A stretch of DNA of 56,579 nt, filler included, from Squatina squatina (GCA_031763465.1; 3 parts of 2 records of this genome joined end to end with filler, not necessarily neighbours in it), one strand, 5' to 3'. Counted from the whole stretch's first letter, positions 24,993 through 39,359 are shown. Notes: generated by a model not told the origin, from the letters alone. Numbers and translations: made by a program.

Positions 24993-27655
24993 CTGAAGTA
25001 CTAAGTAGAGTATTTGATCTTTTGCTGTGACATTATGGTATTATATTTAGAAGACTGTTGGACTTCATTGCAGATGACATTCCAATTACTATTGTTCCAT
25101 TCCCCAATGCTGTTGCCACTGTATAAAATTATGCACAGAACTCAAGAAGTTAATCTCCATATCCAGTAAATCGCATATAGTGCAGTTCAATTAAATTTTC
25201 AATCTCAATGTACCAACACTCATTCTCACATAGAGTGAATACAGCAAATTTGATGAAAAGCATACAGATTGTCTAGATGGTAGAAAACAATTAACTACTG
25301 CCTTTTTATTGCCTCTTAAGCCATTGAGTACATATTTCTTCATATGTCTTATGCAAATACTTACACATGGCTTAATTGTTTCAATCGGACTTTCTCAAGG
25401 GAAGGGAAAGTGAAAACAAGTGACACATTAAATATTCTACCCCTTCGACTTTTAGTAAATTTTTTCTGAAAATGTACTAAAGCAAAATTATGACCTCAGG
25501 GACGCATTATTTTTACATATTAATATTGTCACTGATACTCCCAAACTACTATATCCAATAATGACTATGAAGTGGCTGGTTTTTTTGGAGATTACAGCAA
25601 GTTTTCACCCTGTCACCTATTTAAAACTTACTTATTCTGGGTAATGACAAATGGGAATTTTTGGCCACCATTGTAATTACTGACACAGCTTGGTTTTGCC
25701 AGTAGAAATGATGCAGCATTGCTGATTACCTCCAAAATGCTTTTTATAAACAGGTTTTGACATGCTATTGTATGCATTGTCAAAGTATAAATGATGTGCG
25801 TGCCAGCATGTCATCATAACCTGCAGGTTTTACATATTCAGTTCATAAGCAGTCATTTAATATTGTAGTGGTGAGAGCCCCAATATAATTACTGTCAAAT
25901 GCGAAAAGGTCTCTGTAGATATAATTGATGAAATGGCTCACAATGAGACTTTGAAGCATGAAGCCAGAGCATATTACTGTACCTCNNNNNNNNNNNNNNN
26001 NNNNNNNNNNNNNNNNNNNNNNNNNNNNNNNNNNNNNNNNNNNNNNNNNNNNNNNNNNNNNNNNNNNNNNNNNNNNNNNNNNNNNCCTGCAATTCCTCAC
26101 CTATAAATAATAATTTGATTGCAACTTCTCACAAATTTATGATCAGCAATTTGCTGTCACAGCAGCACATTTCCCTCATTTATAATACCTCCCCAGGTGC
26201 TTAACTACTTAGGAATTTTATAAATCAAAACAGTAAAAAAAAAATCTTCTATTTACAGATCCACATTGAATTGCAAGTTCACTTAGGGTGCAGAGTAAGT
26301 GACCATTGTTACAAAATTGATGTGATCAAATGACCTTTAATGCTATCAAGTTTAGCATACCACAGAAACCAGAAAAAAAATCTCAGATCAAAGCAATTCA
26401 TCCTATTCTGCAGTAATTTTGAATCCCGAGCCTGAAGATCATTCAGAAGTCCAATCAATCTGTAACTGATGCTCAAGGCGAGAAATTAAGTTTTTAATCC
26501 ATGCAGAGTGAGAGCAAGAATTTTTAAAGAACACCAGTAAAGGGCTCTGTAATATTACCTCAGGCCATTCCAATCCTGCAGTCAGGACAACACCGTAGAA
26601 CACAAGTTTNNNNNNNNNNNNNNNNNNNNNNNNNNNNNNNNNNNNNNNNNNNNNNNNNNNNNNNNNNNNNNNNNNNNNNNNNNNNNNNNNNNNNNNNNNN
26701 NNNNNNNNNATAGGAACGAGATTTATATTCAAAAACAGTGGAACATTTTTTAAGCTTGTTCAAACATATAGCAAAATGCGTTTGAAATATTGAAATGCAT
26801 TTTTACATTTTGATGTCTTAACAATCGAGTGACGCTTGAAAGGTCAGTATACTCCTCCTCCAAGAAGTATATGATTTACATGACAGATAATTGGGCAGAG
26901 TTGCTAATAGGACAGAGTTGCCTCTTCTGCACTTGTATTTTAAATAATAGAAAAAAAATCAGATTGCATGCCCGTAATAAGCCCAGCTGATTTTCTTCCC
27001 AGTTACATGTATGTGATCCTCTCCACTCAATTTTCTTCAAAGGGATTATTTAACATCCAATTGCAAAAATAGGAAATGTATCCCAATTGCTTCTAGTGTT
27101 TTACACAAAAACACAGGAATTAAGTTTTCAGCAGTGGTTATTCATTTGCAAACACAGGAATTTTCTCCTTTATTCTTAATTTGACGTAATGTTGTTCTTC
27201 ACTATAAACTTGTTACTTTACAGCCTTCTCTCATCAAAATTCTGAGCTTTCCATTCTCTGAGCAAGGTAATATTTGAGGATTAAGAAATATCTGTTCATT
27301 CTAAGCTAGTGATGAATACAGGAAAATAAAAAAAATACATTAAAAGGATGGTCAGAGGTGAATGAGTTAAAATGGGTTCACTGGCCTTCCTCATCTGTAA
27401 CTAGCTTGTGATCTCATGCATACCCATACTTCAGCAGGTTGCACTTAAAACTGAAATTTGAAAGAAACTTGTTTCTTCTAAGAGCTATGTATACCAAACA
27501 GTTGTAACACAAACACAGTGTTTTGGTGATTGGTAAATGTACAGGGTTTCTTTTCAGTGGGGTGCTGGGGATGTAGGGTTTGCATCCAGGATAGACGAGA
27601 CAGGCTGATGTTTTGGATGTGCACCTTCGTCATAACATAGCTCTGGCTTTCGTTA

Positions 27656-27683
27656 TGTGTGTGTGTGTGTGTGTGTGTGTGTG
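27656..27683 (+). repeat. (TG)14 microsatellite at contig end
   Basis: Directly visible. Confidence 0.95.
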
Positions 27684-27690
27684 AGAGGGT

Positions 27691-27790
27691 NNNNNNNNNN
27701 NNNNNNNNNNNNNNNNNNNNNNNNNNNNNNNNNNTTAATTAATTAANNNNNNNNNNNNNNNNNNNNNNNNNNNNNNNNNNNNNNNNNNNN
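27691..27790. other. Artificial scaffolding spacer N44-TTAATTAATTAA-N44
   Basis: 12-mer at 27735-27746 gives stops in all six frames and sits centred in exactly 100 positions. Confidence 0.92.
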
Positions 27791-27939
27791 AGAGGGAATG
27801 GGAGCTGAAGTGGCAAGTGTAGGGAGCTCATGGTCACACTTATGGCTAGAACTAAAGAGTCCAGCAAAACAGCCACCTAATCACATGCACACTTTGCAGT
27901 AGCAATTGCTGAAAAGTGATCAGGCCAGCACTCTCCTCC

Positions 27940-28090
27940 TTAACCTCATGGCACTGACTCTAATTGTTGCACCATTATGGGTACACCAGTTGAGATCAGT
28001 GAAATCAGCCTGTAGCGGGGGTTGAAAGCTTGAACCTTCCTGGTTTGTATGACTGAGTCCTGCACTGCCTCAACCATCTGAGTAACTAGC
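27940..28090 (-). mobile_element. Degenerate tRNA-derived SINE, second family
   Basis: Minus-strand CTCAGATGGTT...CATACAAACCAGGAAGGTTCAAG...CTGATCTCAAC; similar remnants near 4190-4350, 16280-16500 and 44280-44500. Confidence 0.4.
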
Positions 28091-28984
28091 GAAACAAACA
28101 CTGCACTTTTGTTAGAGCGCTGATTGGCTGGACCTCGGGTCAGATAATCATCTCGGCTGAAAAGCACGGAATCTCAACTCTCATTTGATTGGCCTTTGTC
28201 CTTCTCTGGTACAGCAGGGACATCTGCTGACTAGATTGTTGATAGCAAGCTACTCGGTGCAGAGTGGCAGTCAAAGGTGATTAATTTGCACGTGGCATTT
28301 CAGAGGCTCACAGTGCCCGTAGCACAGTTGATGAAATGATGCCGTAATAATCTCTCCCATTTTTCTTTCTGATTGCACTTCAATGTCCATTCAGGCAATA
28401 GCTCTCTGGTGAAGGCTCTTCTAAAAATGAATTCAAGTCCACTAACTTATTTGCTTTGGAGCGTCTAACCCAAGGGTATTATAAAATATTCAGTTTCATG
28501 TTTCCCTTTCTTTGTAAATGCAAGTAATACAAACCAGCGGAAGGCACATAAGAAATGAAATGCTAGAGGCTCTGATGTTTACTTCTTTACATTCTTCTAT
28601 GTTATAATGTAAATATCTGAGTACCACACTGGGCAGTACAATTACCTAGCAAGGCATCTGAGGCACTGAATTCATGCAATATTCTATAAGATCATATCCT
28701 GAGCAGCATGAGCAGAAACACCATTAGATGAGAAATAAGGAAGGGTCAAGAGTGGCTAACATGGTCTCTGTGTATTCTAGAACAAAAAGAAGGTATTGTA
28801 CTAAATTTACCACGTAATAATTCTGCTCTTCCCTAGCAATGTATCCTGCCAAAACGTGTCCCACACATCAATGTGACATTTACANNNNNNNNNNNNNNNN
28901 NNNNNNNNNNNNNNNNNNNNNNNNNNNNNNNNNNNNNNNNNNNNNNNNNNNNNNNNNNNNNNNNNNNNNNNNNNNNNNNNNNNN

Positions 28985-29156
28985 TCATACTGTAGCCCGA
29001 TCGGGGCCATCGGTGGGCCAGAGCCCATGTCATATTGTCGCCCTGATCGGGGCTATGTTCAGGGGCCACATCATATGAAATAATTTTATAGGGTCTGGTG
29101 ATGAACCCTCAGCCAATTAAGTAACCGGATTTCGATTCATACCGAATTTCACCCCC
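28985..29156. mobile_element. MITE-like element right end
   Basis: CpG-rich, repeated GATCGGGGC, ends CCGAATTTCACCCCC before TTAA. Confidence 0.4.
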
Positions 29157-29724
29157 TTAATGTTTCGGGTGCAAAGAATCAGAAGAAAATTGCACAAGTC
29201 AATAGAAAATTGTTTTCAATCCTTTTTGACTGACTACGTCAACATGGTGAAATTGAAACAGGGAAGTGCATTTCCTCCAAGTATAAAACCTGTCCACGGA
29301 GTAAATATGCCCACACCATTTCATATTTCATTCAGATGGATGGAAGCTGATCTTCAGGGAGGTGAGAATCTCATTGAGCTGCATGAAATTTGGAGTACCA
29401 ATATATTACTCACAAGACAACATAACCATTAAAAATTGTTTGACAATGACAGGATTAATAAATACCAGAGGCTGCACTTTTTATCCCAAGAACAATATAT
29501 ACAAGATGACTGACAGTAAGTTATAATTTGTTCAAAATTACACAGGTCGCTCAGATAAGCCAAAGAATGCTGAAAACTCACTATCACAGCCAAGATCATT
29601 TAAAATTTTGAAGGATCTCCATAAATAAAGCAGCTGTGGCTCAGAGCTACAGAATAACAAAGGTTATCATTGTAGTCAAGTCGAGTGGACTGAAAGCTGA
29701 GAATTATAACCCAGCTGTTGAGGA

Positions 29725-29820
29725 AAGACTTGCCTTGTATAGCACCTTGTCGTATCCCTCATCATTTCTCAAAGGACTTCACATTACTTCTGAAGTGTAG
29801 TGACTTGTTTATGTAGACAG
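29725..29820 (-). mobile_element. Degenerate DeuSINE 3' tail
   Basis: AAAGACTTGCCTTGTATAGCACCTT...TACTTCTGAAGTGTAGT matches the reverse tail. Confidence 0.5.
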
Positions 29821-31900
29821 CATATCCATTTAAGATGACTCTGCCAGGAGCAGTCAACATTGCTCCAGAAGGAATGAGTCCCACTTTACATATCAACTGG
29901 AGTTATTTGACAAAGCAACTCTGGCACTGGACAAGGGCGATCCATTGGCAACAATCAGGATTTTCACAAGGCCCTTGATTACATTCTACATGCCAAGCCT
30001 TTAAAGTTCAGCACGCATAGAATCAGAAAAAAATTAGACAAATCAATAGAAAATTGCCTTCACAATCAAAATCAAAAGGAGAAAATGGAAAAGGCTAGAG
30101 TTTAGCAGGGGTCTGTTCAGGTGCCTTGCTATTTGCAGTGCACAAATTACATAAAAGGATGATACCACCAGTATAATCATATTATTCTATCCTTTCAGGA
30201 TAGGAGGCTACTTTCTACTTAGACTATAGTCTCTGTTGGACGGCTTCCTTTCCACTACCTGATGTACTCCTAGTTGGTTATGGTGGATCAGTAACCGTTC
30301 CTTCACTCAGACTCTTCACTCACTACCTGAATTTCTTGGATCTGCTCCTTCCAGTGCCCATTCTGCTCCGGATTCTGCTGCCACCATCACTGCGCTAACA
30401 CTATCTGCTCGCTTCCCATGGCCACTGACTTTGATTTTGCTCTGCTCCACTCATCCTTCACAGTTCCTTCATTGCCCTTTGCTAGACTGGGTTGGAATGA
30501 CTCCTAAAGCTCCTGCTACTGCACCCGATCCCATATACACCTAGCTACATGACAGCCATTTCTTAGACCATAGAAANNNNNNNNNNNNNNNNNNNNNNNN
30601 NNNNNNNNNNNNNNNNNNNNNNNNNNNNNNNNNNNNNNNNNNNNNNNNNNNNNNNNNNNNNNNNNNNNNNNNNNNNTTACTGGCAGTGATCAGGAGCTGC
30701 AACCCTCCATGAATTTTTGCCCATCTTTCCCGAGTGCAAGATGCATTGGCCAATTCTAACGCCTCTATTGGCATTCCGTTTGAAATTAGCCAACTTGGCC
30801 CTGACCAGGATCGAAGTTGTGCTGTTTTTGGTCTCTATATCTCGCAACTACAAGGTGCAATCAATCTTAACTACTGAGCTCAACACATTAAGTTTAAAAT
30901 TGTTCTTGAAAGCGAATATTCTCTTTCAGGTGGTGGATGTTTGTGTTTGCTCTGCACTCTTGCAGACTTTGTCTTTATAATGGCGATGAGCATAATTGCA
31001 GGAAGGGGCATTATTTATTGTTTACAAACAGATTCTGATACACCCCCTCACCTCTTGCCAACCTAATTACAAAGGAGCCTGCTTTGAAAATTACCACCTC
31101 AAAAATAAGCTCAATTATAATGAACCAAAATACTGTTGTGGTAGGCCACCGGTTTTGGCACAGTAGCAAAGGCACAGGGCTGGGAGCAGGCAGCCTGCTG
31201 ACCCCCCAACCTGAAAAGCAACAACACAAAGAGCAGATATGAAATTCTGCCTGCCGATATGAGTCAGCCCAAGTTCAGTACTAAGGCCTGACAAGCTTTC
31301 GAGGTCTGCTAGAAATTCTTCAAAGCACATTTCGAGGTTTGACATCTGTCATTTGATGGAAGGAAAATATAGTTATTCGAACAGGTCTAAAAAGTTTATA
31401 GGAAATACAGTGGTTCAAAGAGCTGTGAAGCATCTCTATTTGTGCACGGTAGATAGGACTGCGACTGACAGTTGGCTGGTGAGATTATTTGCATAATAAT
31501 TAATGATATGCCACTAGAATGCCAGTGTGCTAATGAGGTACTTGTGTAGTGTCGGTGAGGCTGGCTGCATGCGCTGATTTCTCATGTTGCTCAAATGTGA
31601 TACTGTTAAGTTTCGCAAGTTGAAAAGGTCGGGTTTAATTAGTTTCTGTCTTTATCGGTCCCTACCTTCTTTGCGACTTAATAAAAGAGCAGAGTTCTGA
31701 ACTTCTGCCGACTGGTATTTCATTCTGCGATTTTGGATCATTTGCTGCACAAAATAATAGTTGCAAACATTTTTTTAATGTGTTTTGGTTTAATAGGATT
31801 NNNNNNNNNNNNNNNNNNNNNNNNNNNNNNNNNNNNNNNNNNNNNNNNNNNNNNNNNNNNNNNNNNNNNNNNNNNNNNNNNNNNNNNNNNNNNNNNNNNN

Positions 31901-31960
31901 CTGGTTCTAGACTCCCCAGCCAGGGGAAACATCCTCCCTGCATCTAGCCTATCAAACCCT
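31901..31960 (-). mobile_element. CR1 ORF2 fragment
   Basis: GFDRLDAGRMFPLAGESRT, CR1 C-terminal region. Confidence 0.65.
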
Positions 31961-32585
31961 GTTTTAAAAAAAAAATGTTATGAATTATCAACCTCGTCCT
32001 GTTGTAAAAGAACACTTCCCACTGGGTATGTAATCCTTTTCTGAAGCTAAAGCTTCAACCTTCTCAACTACAGTGTTTGAATTTTAATTTCTAGTTAATG
32101 CGCACATGTCTTCACTGATGCTTGCGATCTTTGTCCTTCATAGTTCAAATAATGGTTCTTATCTGCTGGCCACAGTTATTGATGGCAATCATCAAAGCAT
32201 AAGATGAAACACCCATGCATTAAGGCAGACAATCACAGGTAGGAATCAAGTCTAATAGTGGCTGTAATTTTGAAATTATCCATAAAATTAATTCCTAATG
32301 ATAAGTACAAGAACACTGATAGACTCATTAAAGATCAGAACTCAGGGCTTCACACAATTTCTTTCATGTCAAGGAGCATGTAGGGTAAGAAATGTTACTG
32401 CAGTCAGTCTGCAAGTCAGACTGATGGGGACTCTGAATGCAAGCTGGCTTATAGGAACCAAGTAACACCATAAGACCATTATGGGCACTGGCGTACACAA
32501 AACAGCAACCCCTCAAGCCTGCTTCAGTCCAATCGAACTCTCCAGGATAATGTAATCAGCACTACAAATATTATTGTTCTGGCAG

Positions 32586-33105
32586 TCATTCTTGGGATGT
32601 GGATGTCGCATTTGTTGCCCATCCCTAGTTGCCCTTGAGAAGATAATGGTGAGCTGTCTTCTTGAACCGCGACAGTCCTTGTGGTGAAGGTACTCCCACA
32701 GTGCTGTTAGGGAGGGAGCTCAGGATTTTAACGATGAAGGAACTGCAATATATTTACAAGTCAGGGTGGTGTGTGACTTAGAAGGGTACTTGCTCCCCAT
32801 GGACCTGCTGCCCTTGACCTTCTAGGNNNNNNNNNNNNNNNNNNNNNNNNNNNNNNNNNNNNNNNNNNNNNNNNNNNNNNNNNNNNNNNNNNNNNNNNNN
32901 NNNNNNNNNNNNNNNNNNNNNNNNNNGCTGCTAGGTCTGTTCTGAATCTATTCCATTTAGCACAGTGGTAGTGCCACACACTACGATGGAGGGTGTCCTC
33001 GGTGCGAAGACGCGACTTTATCTCCACAATGACTGTGCGGTGGTCACTGCTACCAATGCTGTCATGGACAGATGCTTCAGCTACTGGTAGATTGGTGAGG
33101 ATTTG
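32586..33105 (-). mobile_element. CR1/Jockey-group non-LTR element: AP-endonuclease end (32927-33105) and 3' end (32586-32826) across a gap
   Basis: ILTNLPV...IGSSDHRTV...VWHYHCAKWNRFRTDLA (catalytic SDH) and a 3' tail GGGCAACTAGGGATGGGCAACAAATG...CACATCCCAAGAATG. Confidence 0.7.
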
Positions 33106-35462
33106 GTTCAAACAGGTTTTTCCCTGGGAAAAGGCGAAATTATCTGGAAGCCATACTGAAAACTGACAAAACTCTGCATCCATGGTTGATCATTTTGACT
33201 CAAACTGTTGTCTATGGTCGCCTCCCTACTAAATAGGGAGAGTTGAATAGATTATTCAATTATTGCAATTGTTATTTCCTGCATTTAGATTTAAAGCACA
33301 GTTAAATGAGGACGATCAGGCGCATAACCTCCAATAATGATTCCATAATTTCTGCTTCACCTACCATAGCTGGATGTCCATTCTATTAGTTTCAGTTTTG
33401 GAGCTCACAAACCTGCACCTTGCAAGACCACAGTGAAACAGAGATGCTTCTCTCCTTTCCACAGATACACTATACCATTAGGGCAAGTGGACTCGAGCTC
33501 ACTTCCCCATTGCCAGACAGCTTGCTCTTTCATCGCCACCATTGGCCAACTGGTCAACATTGCCATGGAGTAGATTTTAGACCACCTGAGAGATCAGACT
33601 GCCAACTCTGCCACAAAAATCTAATCTTCTCACCACTAGGCTGCCAGTGACACTAGAACACAGAATTTCAGACATTCGAATGTCAACAATAATTATACGT
33701 TTAATTCAAATAAATATTTAAAACTAATTGCAGGAGAAAGTAATTTGGATGATTGTGGCTTTTAAAGCCAAAGAACATAAGAGAAGGATGGGAGGTCATC
33801 CAATATCTTGCTTGGCAACAAATTGTTGGCCTATTTGTTTGTGTTCAAGATTGTAGCAAGGATATTATTGATCATTAAAAAATATCCCAGGCAGAATTAA
33901 CACTATGTACAATGAAAAGTTCACATCAGTACATATGAGTGACAATCCGTCAGATCAACCAACAAGTTACTGCCTCAAATGCTGTTAACAACCCAGGTAC
34001 CCAGTCCATTCTGCAATCTCCGCAGCACTAGCTGACATCTGTTTCCTGCTTAAATACTCCAAGGTAGCAGATGATGTTCATGAGGCGGAAACAAAACTAT
34101 TTTGACATCTTATTCAACAACTGGAAATTTAATTAACCTCCAAGTGCTGAATGTTCTTATTCAATTAATACCGTCATTATGATTAATAAACTTGCTGCTT
34201 GGAGTTTTCCTGCATTTAGATTATCTTCTAAGGTGCAGTAACAACTCCCGCATATATTAGTGAGGCTGATCNNNNNNNNNNNNNNNNNNNNNNNNNNNNN
34301 NNNNNNNNNNNNNNNNNNNNNNNNNNNNNNNNNNNNNNNNNNNNNNNNNNNNNNNNNNNNNNNNNNNNNNNGTCTGGTAGATCTTTTAGTAATAGGAGGA
34401 GAGAGCGGTGTGGCATTTCTGTAAGGATAATGTAGCGTTGCAGTGATGCATTTTAATACAAATTATGTTGTATTGCATTGTGTGTTTGGAATGCAGTACA
34501 ATGTAATTTGCAATGAAATTCATCATTGCAACACTACAGTATCATTACAGGAATGGCACATGGCTTGCTTCTCCAAGTAGACAAAAGGTTTGCCAAACAA
34601 TTATTTGAAAAACACATTTCCAGGAAGGCAAACAAAAATATAAAAATAAAGGATGTGATGATGGTCATCAATAGAGAGAGGAGGCATTTCATGTAATCCA
34701 ATACATTCATTGGCATCTGAAATAACTTACCTCTTGCTTGGGAGCACACATTTGGCACTATTTATTATATTGTACACATTGCATCAGCTCCCATAGCCTG
34801 CAGTAGTAATAACCATCATCACCATTATGAATAACAATGCATTTACTGCTTTGATTCTGCTTTGCCACTGTTGAAGCAAAATGTGTGATAAACCAACTAT
34901 AATCTCCTTGACACTAATGTTCTCACTGAGCACCATCCAGATGTAGCACTTATGCTGGCTCTGGCTGCAGTAATGTAAATCTTCTCTTCTCGTTGCACTT
35001 ACAGAAATGAATCTGTGCTGTCAAGCGGTGCCTTTAAATTATGCAGCAGCCTCCCATTTCAAAGCACATCAACTGCCACAGCTGCAGGGAGCCAGCACTT
35101 CATCAGTGCCCGTGACAGGACATATTAGCCCTGCTGCAAGAACGAGACAATGGGGATCCTGCAGGGAGGTGAAAATAATTACATGATCGCATACCCACGC
35201 CGTTAAAGTGAGCTTTTAAAAGGCGGTGTCTCAGATTACCTTCTCAAAAGCCTGAAAGTGCAATTTTACGCCTCAGGTGCCATCCATTCCCGTGTGGAGT
35301 GATTCCTGCTGAGCTCACAGGTTTACTGGCACCACTGATATTCCACTACCTCAGCCAGGTAGNNNNNNNNNNNNNNNNNNNNNNNNNNNNNNNNNNNNNN
35401 NNNNNNNNNNNNNNNNNNNNNNNNNNNNNNNNNNNNNNNNNNNNNNNNNNNNNNNNNNNNNN

Positions 35463-35570
35463 TGAACTCAATGTTAAGTCCAGAAGGCTGTAAAGTGCCA
35501 AATCGAAAGATGAGGTGTTGTTCCTCGAGCTTGCGTTGAGTTTCATTGGAACAGTGACAATGTAGCAGGA
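35463..35570 (-). mobile_element. Penelope-like GIY-YIG endonuclease C-terminal fragment
   Basis: QRKLEEQHLIFRFGTLQPSGLNIEF, the typical Penelope ORF end (E..I....T..P.GLN). Confidence 0.8.
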
Positions 35571-38284
35571 CACAGAGCAAGACAAATCATGAAAACATAC
35601 AGATAAGATGTTCTGTTTTTAATTACTCTTAACCATAAGGTTGGCATTTCTGTATTGTATTAAGTGCCTATGGACTTATTAGATGATCCACAGACTGAAG
35701 TAAAGAGGAAGCAGAATCCACAGCTAGTGTCAGATATAGACTTGAAATCCACTGATAGTATGAATCGGCTGCTGACTTAACGGCTAAATCAAGAACAGAG
35801 TTATACTATAAATACGGCAAGTCATTTGATGCAGTGCAAAACACACAACTTTCACCAAACAGCAAAACTTCCCATTAGGTTCTCTTCTCATCAATACTTT
35901 TATTTTAACCACCAGCGTGTTATAAAGTGCAAGTGTTCTGCCTCTCTTAGCCCTCCCCTAAGACTATATAAAATAAAATTCACAGCTAGTTACCAAAACA
36001 GTTGGCAGAAGTCAGTTTCAATCAGCTCATCAGCACTGTTTAAAGTTAGACTTTTACATTAAAATGTCAGTTTTTCAATAAATGAAAATGAGTAAACTCT
36101 GACCAATTCTCAAATCCAGAGGTGTTTAAGTATTTTGCCACATAGGCTCATACCATGGAGCCTCTTGGGCACATCTAATGTTTTAAATGAATATTCACGT
36201 TGATTTGCATCAAATGCAAACTGAGGAAGTAAACAGACCTTGGTGTTCTGATTTGTCCACCAAAGAGGCAACAGCATTAAAAGTAGCCAATCCTAGGCTT
36301 CTGAAATCACTAAATTCAAATAGAACGAGTGAGTAAGAAATATAAGTACAGATAGAAAGTGAGTTGCCTGAGCTTTGTGAGCCAGCCATAGTTTTTGGAC
36401 TGTATGTGGCCATAGTTTAAACAATCCTGCTCTCGCCCAACATACAGGTCAAAGTTACAGAACAGTAAGTGATACTGCTCAAAGGAGGATGGCTAAAGCT
36501 TTGAAACCAGGTAGGTGAAGCAAAGGTAAGAAAGATTGAATATGTTAAAGCAGATGAGTAAAAACAGATTCAAGTTGAGATCAGAAAATGCTAAAATAAA
36601 CATAAGAGGGTGACAGAGCAAAATACATATTTAAAAAGTTGGAGGAGGATTGCTGGTCTGAATATATAAAAGTTTTTTTTTTAATTCCACAAAAATAAAT
36701 TAAGTTGTGGTTGGCAAATATACTTCATGATCATGGCACACTTGGTCATAACAGTGTTGCAGTCCTCACACACAGCCACGAGCCCAACCATCTAATGAAA
36801 ACAGCATGCACATTAGACCGCTAACAGAAATCACTGCAGGTTTGATGCTCAGACACAAAATGCCATTAGCTACTTTTGTACTGTTACAAGGCACATTAGC
36901 CAAATCCAGAGCAGATTACACTTCTCTTTTTCCATATCTGGACACCCTGCACCCAATACTAGACAACTGGAAAAAGTGGCCTAAGAGTATGTGAATGGTC
37001 TTTCACAGTCCAGATCGTCACACCATTTCTTGGTGCTCAAACCCAGGTGCAGCACACACATTAGTATAAAGGTGGATTCTATAATGTGCGCTGAAACTTA
37101 TTTCAAATTGTTGTACATTTAAGCTGGCAAATTACACAAATATTCAAATGGATTTAAACAAATACCTAGCATAAGTCTTCTAACATTTTATTTTTTTCTG
37201 GAAGAGCCCTGCAGTCAAGCGATTAATCCTATGCCTTCACAGAAGACACTATGCACCAGAAACCCACCCATTTAAACAAAAACATATTCTCCCTGCACAA
37301 AAGCGAAGGTTTGAAGTAATATCACTGTTGCAGAGATGAAAATACATGTCCTAGAAATGTTTTCAGGGAAGTTGTAAAAATCTTAATAAATAAATGTCAA
37401 TACATTTCTACACAAAAATAACAAGTTGCATAGCTGAAAGTTAAGTCCCTGCATATCCATGTACGAGCCCTTTTATGAGGTCGGTTTAAAGAAGTCCAAC
37501 CATCTGGTCAATCTGTTGCATGTAAACTCCTTTCAAGGGCAGTGCATATCTCCGCTCACTGGGAACTCTGCTGCACTGTGGAAATATTTTTTTTTAAGTT
37601 GCCCCATTCTCAGCACTCTGAACACTTGCTGCTTCCTGTTGTGTGTGGGCTGTGCTGAGTGATACCTGTGAAAGGGTAGAAAACCTCTTTTGGAACAAAT
37701 ACAGGATGATAGCATTCAATAGGGCTGTCAAAACTTCTCAATGATCAAAATGTTCCATGTTATTCAGTTGTTCCTATTCAGCAAATGCCAAAGATTGAAT
37801 TAGTTCCTGAGAATGATCCATTATTCAGCTTTTGCTGTGTTACAGGTGTGGTGAAGCTTTTTGAATGTGTTGGTTGGTTATCACGGGCTTAGCACAATTT
37901 GTGATAGCCCATTTTACACCTTAACTTTGGGATTTGGGATATGTGGTTAAAAACCAGTTTAGAAATACTTCTGATTCAGGATTGTACACTGTTTAAATAT
38001 ATGAAGCTGATTGTGTGAGATTCCTTTTCTAACATAACAATGGAAGATTTTTACGAACAGTAAAACAAATCATTAGACCCAACAAGCCTGTTCCATTTAT
38101 CAGAGATCAACCTCACATGATATGATCACATGACTGCTTGACATCCATTTTGAAAACTTAAATTTGTCATTCTAATTTCAAAGAGCATCTGTCATGATTA
38201 ATGTCATTTTGCTTAGCACCAGCAGTTCTGTGTGTATGAATGGCACGTTGATATATACCATTTTAGTTTCAGTTAGTTTCTTAA

Positions 38285-38824
38285 ATTGGGTTTGAGACGA
38301 TACCACTCGCGAGGTGCGAGACTTTGCGCCAGACATAGAAGTCCCGTCTTTCATGAGAAATTGGAGTTACTGCCCCCGAAAGGAAGTGGAACACTAAAAT
38401 CAAACGCTCCACTTCCTTCCTGTGGCGGGAGTGGGGCAGACGGCTCAACAGCGCTAACAGGAGGCGCAAATGCACCCAATTTCTCCCGTCTCTCTTCTGC
38501 ACGATTTACACCAGTAAACTTGTGACCTAGGGGTTCATGTTATCCTTTTTAAAAAAATTATTTCAATTGATTTCTCATATAATGGTTTAACAATATCTAT
38601 ACCACAGTCTTTCACTGTTAATAGGAACTGCTCGTGAATGCCGCACCAACTCTTTAGACATGATCTTTGGCCTCTGCTGATGTTACTCCTGGAAAGAGCA
38701 CGTTGCACGAGAGCTTCTGCACAGCGCTCATTTAAATCAGCAAACAGCACCAAAATACCTGTGCTCTTTTGTCAGGCAGCCGTTAAACTTAGCCCGTTTT
38801 CAGGTTTAATCGAATTTCTAGGCC
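38285..38824. mobile_element. CpG-rich MITE-like element
   Basis: CpG-rich arms around an AT core; right end GAATTTCTAGGCC resembles the termini of the 20587 element. Confidence 0.4.
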
Positions 38825-39359
38825 ATAGCCTCAAGCAAAGATAGAGATTGGGAAATCACAGGATAGTTAAAATGTAAAACAAATTTCCAGAAAATGTAGT
38901 TGATTCAGGATCAATTTGCGTTTGTAAAAAGAAACTGAGTTGGTATCGGTTGCGAAAGGGGAGAGATAGGGACAATATTTCTTTCATGGGATGTAGGGGA
39001 ACAAACTTAATTAGGTAGCTAGTAGTGTATGGTGAGCCAATGCATTTTCCAGTGGGTGGGACCAGCTGTGGTGAATTTGCCTGCCTCAAACAAATGGGCA
39101 CCTCATTTAAGTATGTATTAAGAACGTGTCTATTCTGCTCACCATTTTCTGCTGTTTTGGTGTTCCGGATGTCTAGGTGAATAACAGACAATTCAAATGA
39201 ACGTTAGTGCTGCTAGAGGTCATGGAAATGATACAGTAATAAGTTTCTTTTGGCCATTTCTTAAAATGGTTCTTTTTTGTGTGTTGTTTTTGCTGCTGGT
39301 GCTTGGTTTCTTATGCACCAGTTGTAAATTATTTATTTATGGCCCCCCCACCACCAATG

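Noticed and set aside
27735-27746. TTAATTAATTAA palindrome as a biological site
   Set aside because: Centred in Ns and repeated identically at 40396; a six-frame-stop assembly linker.
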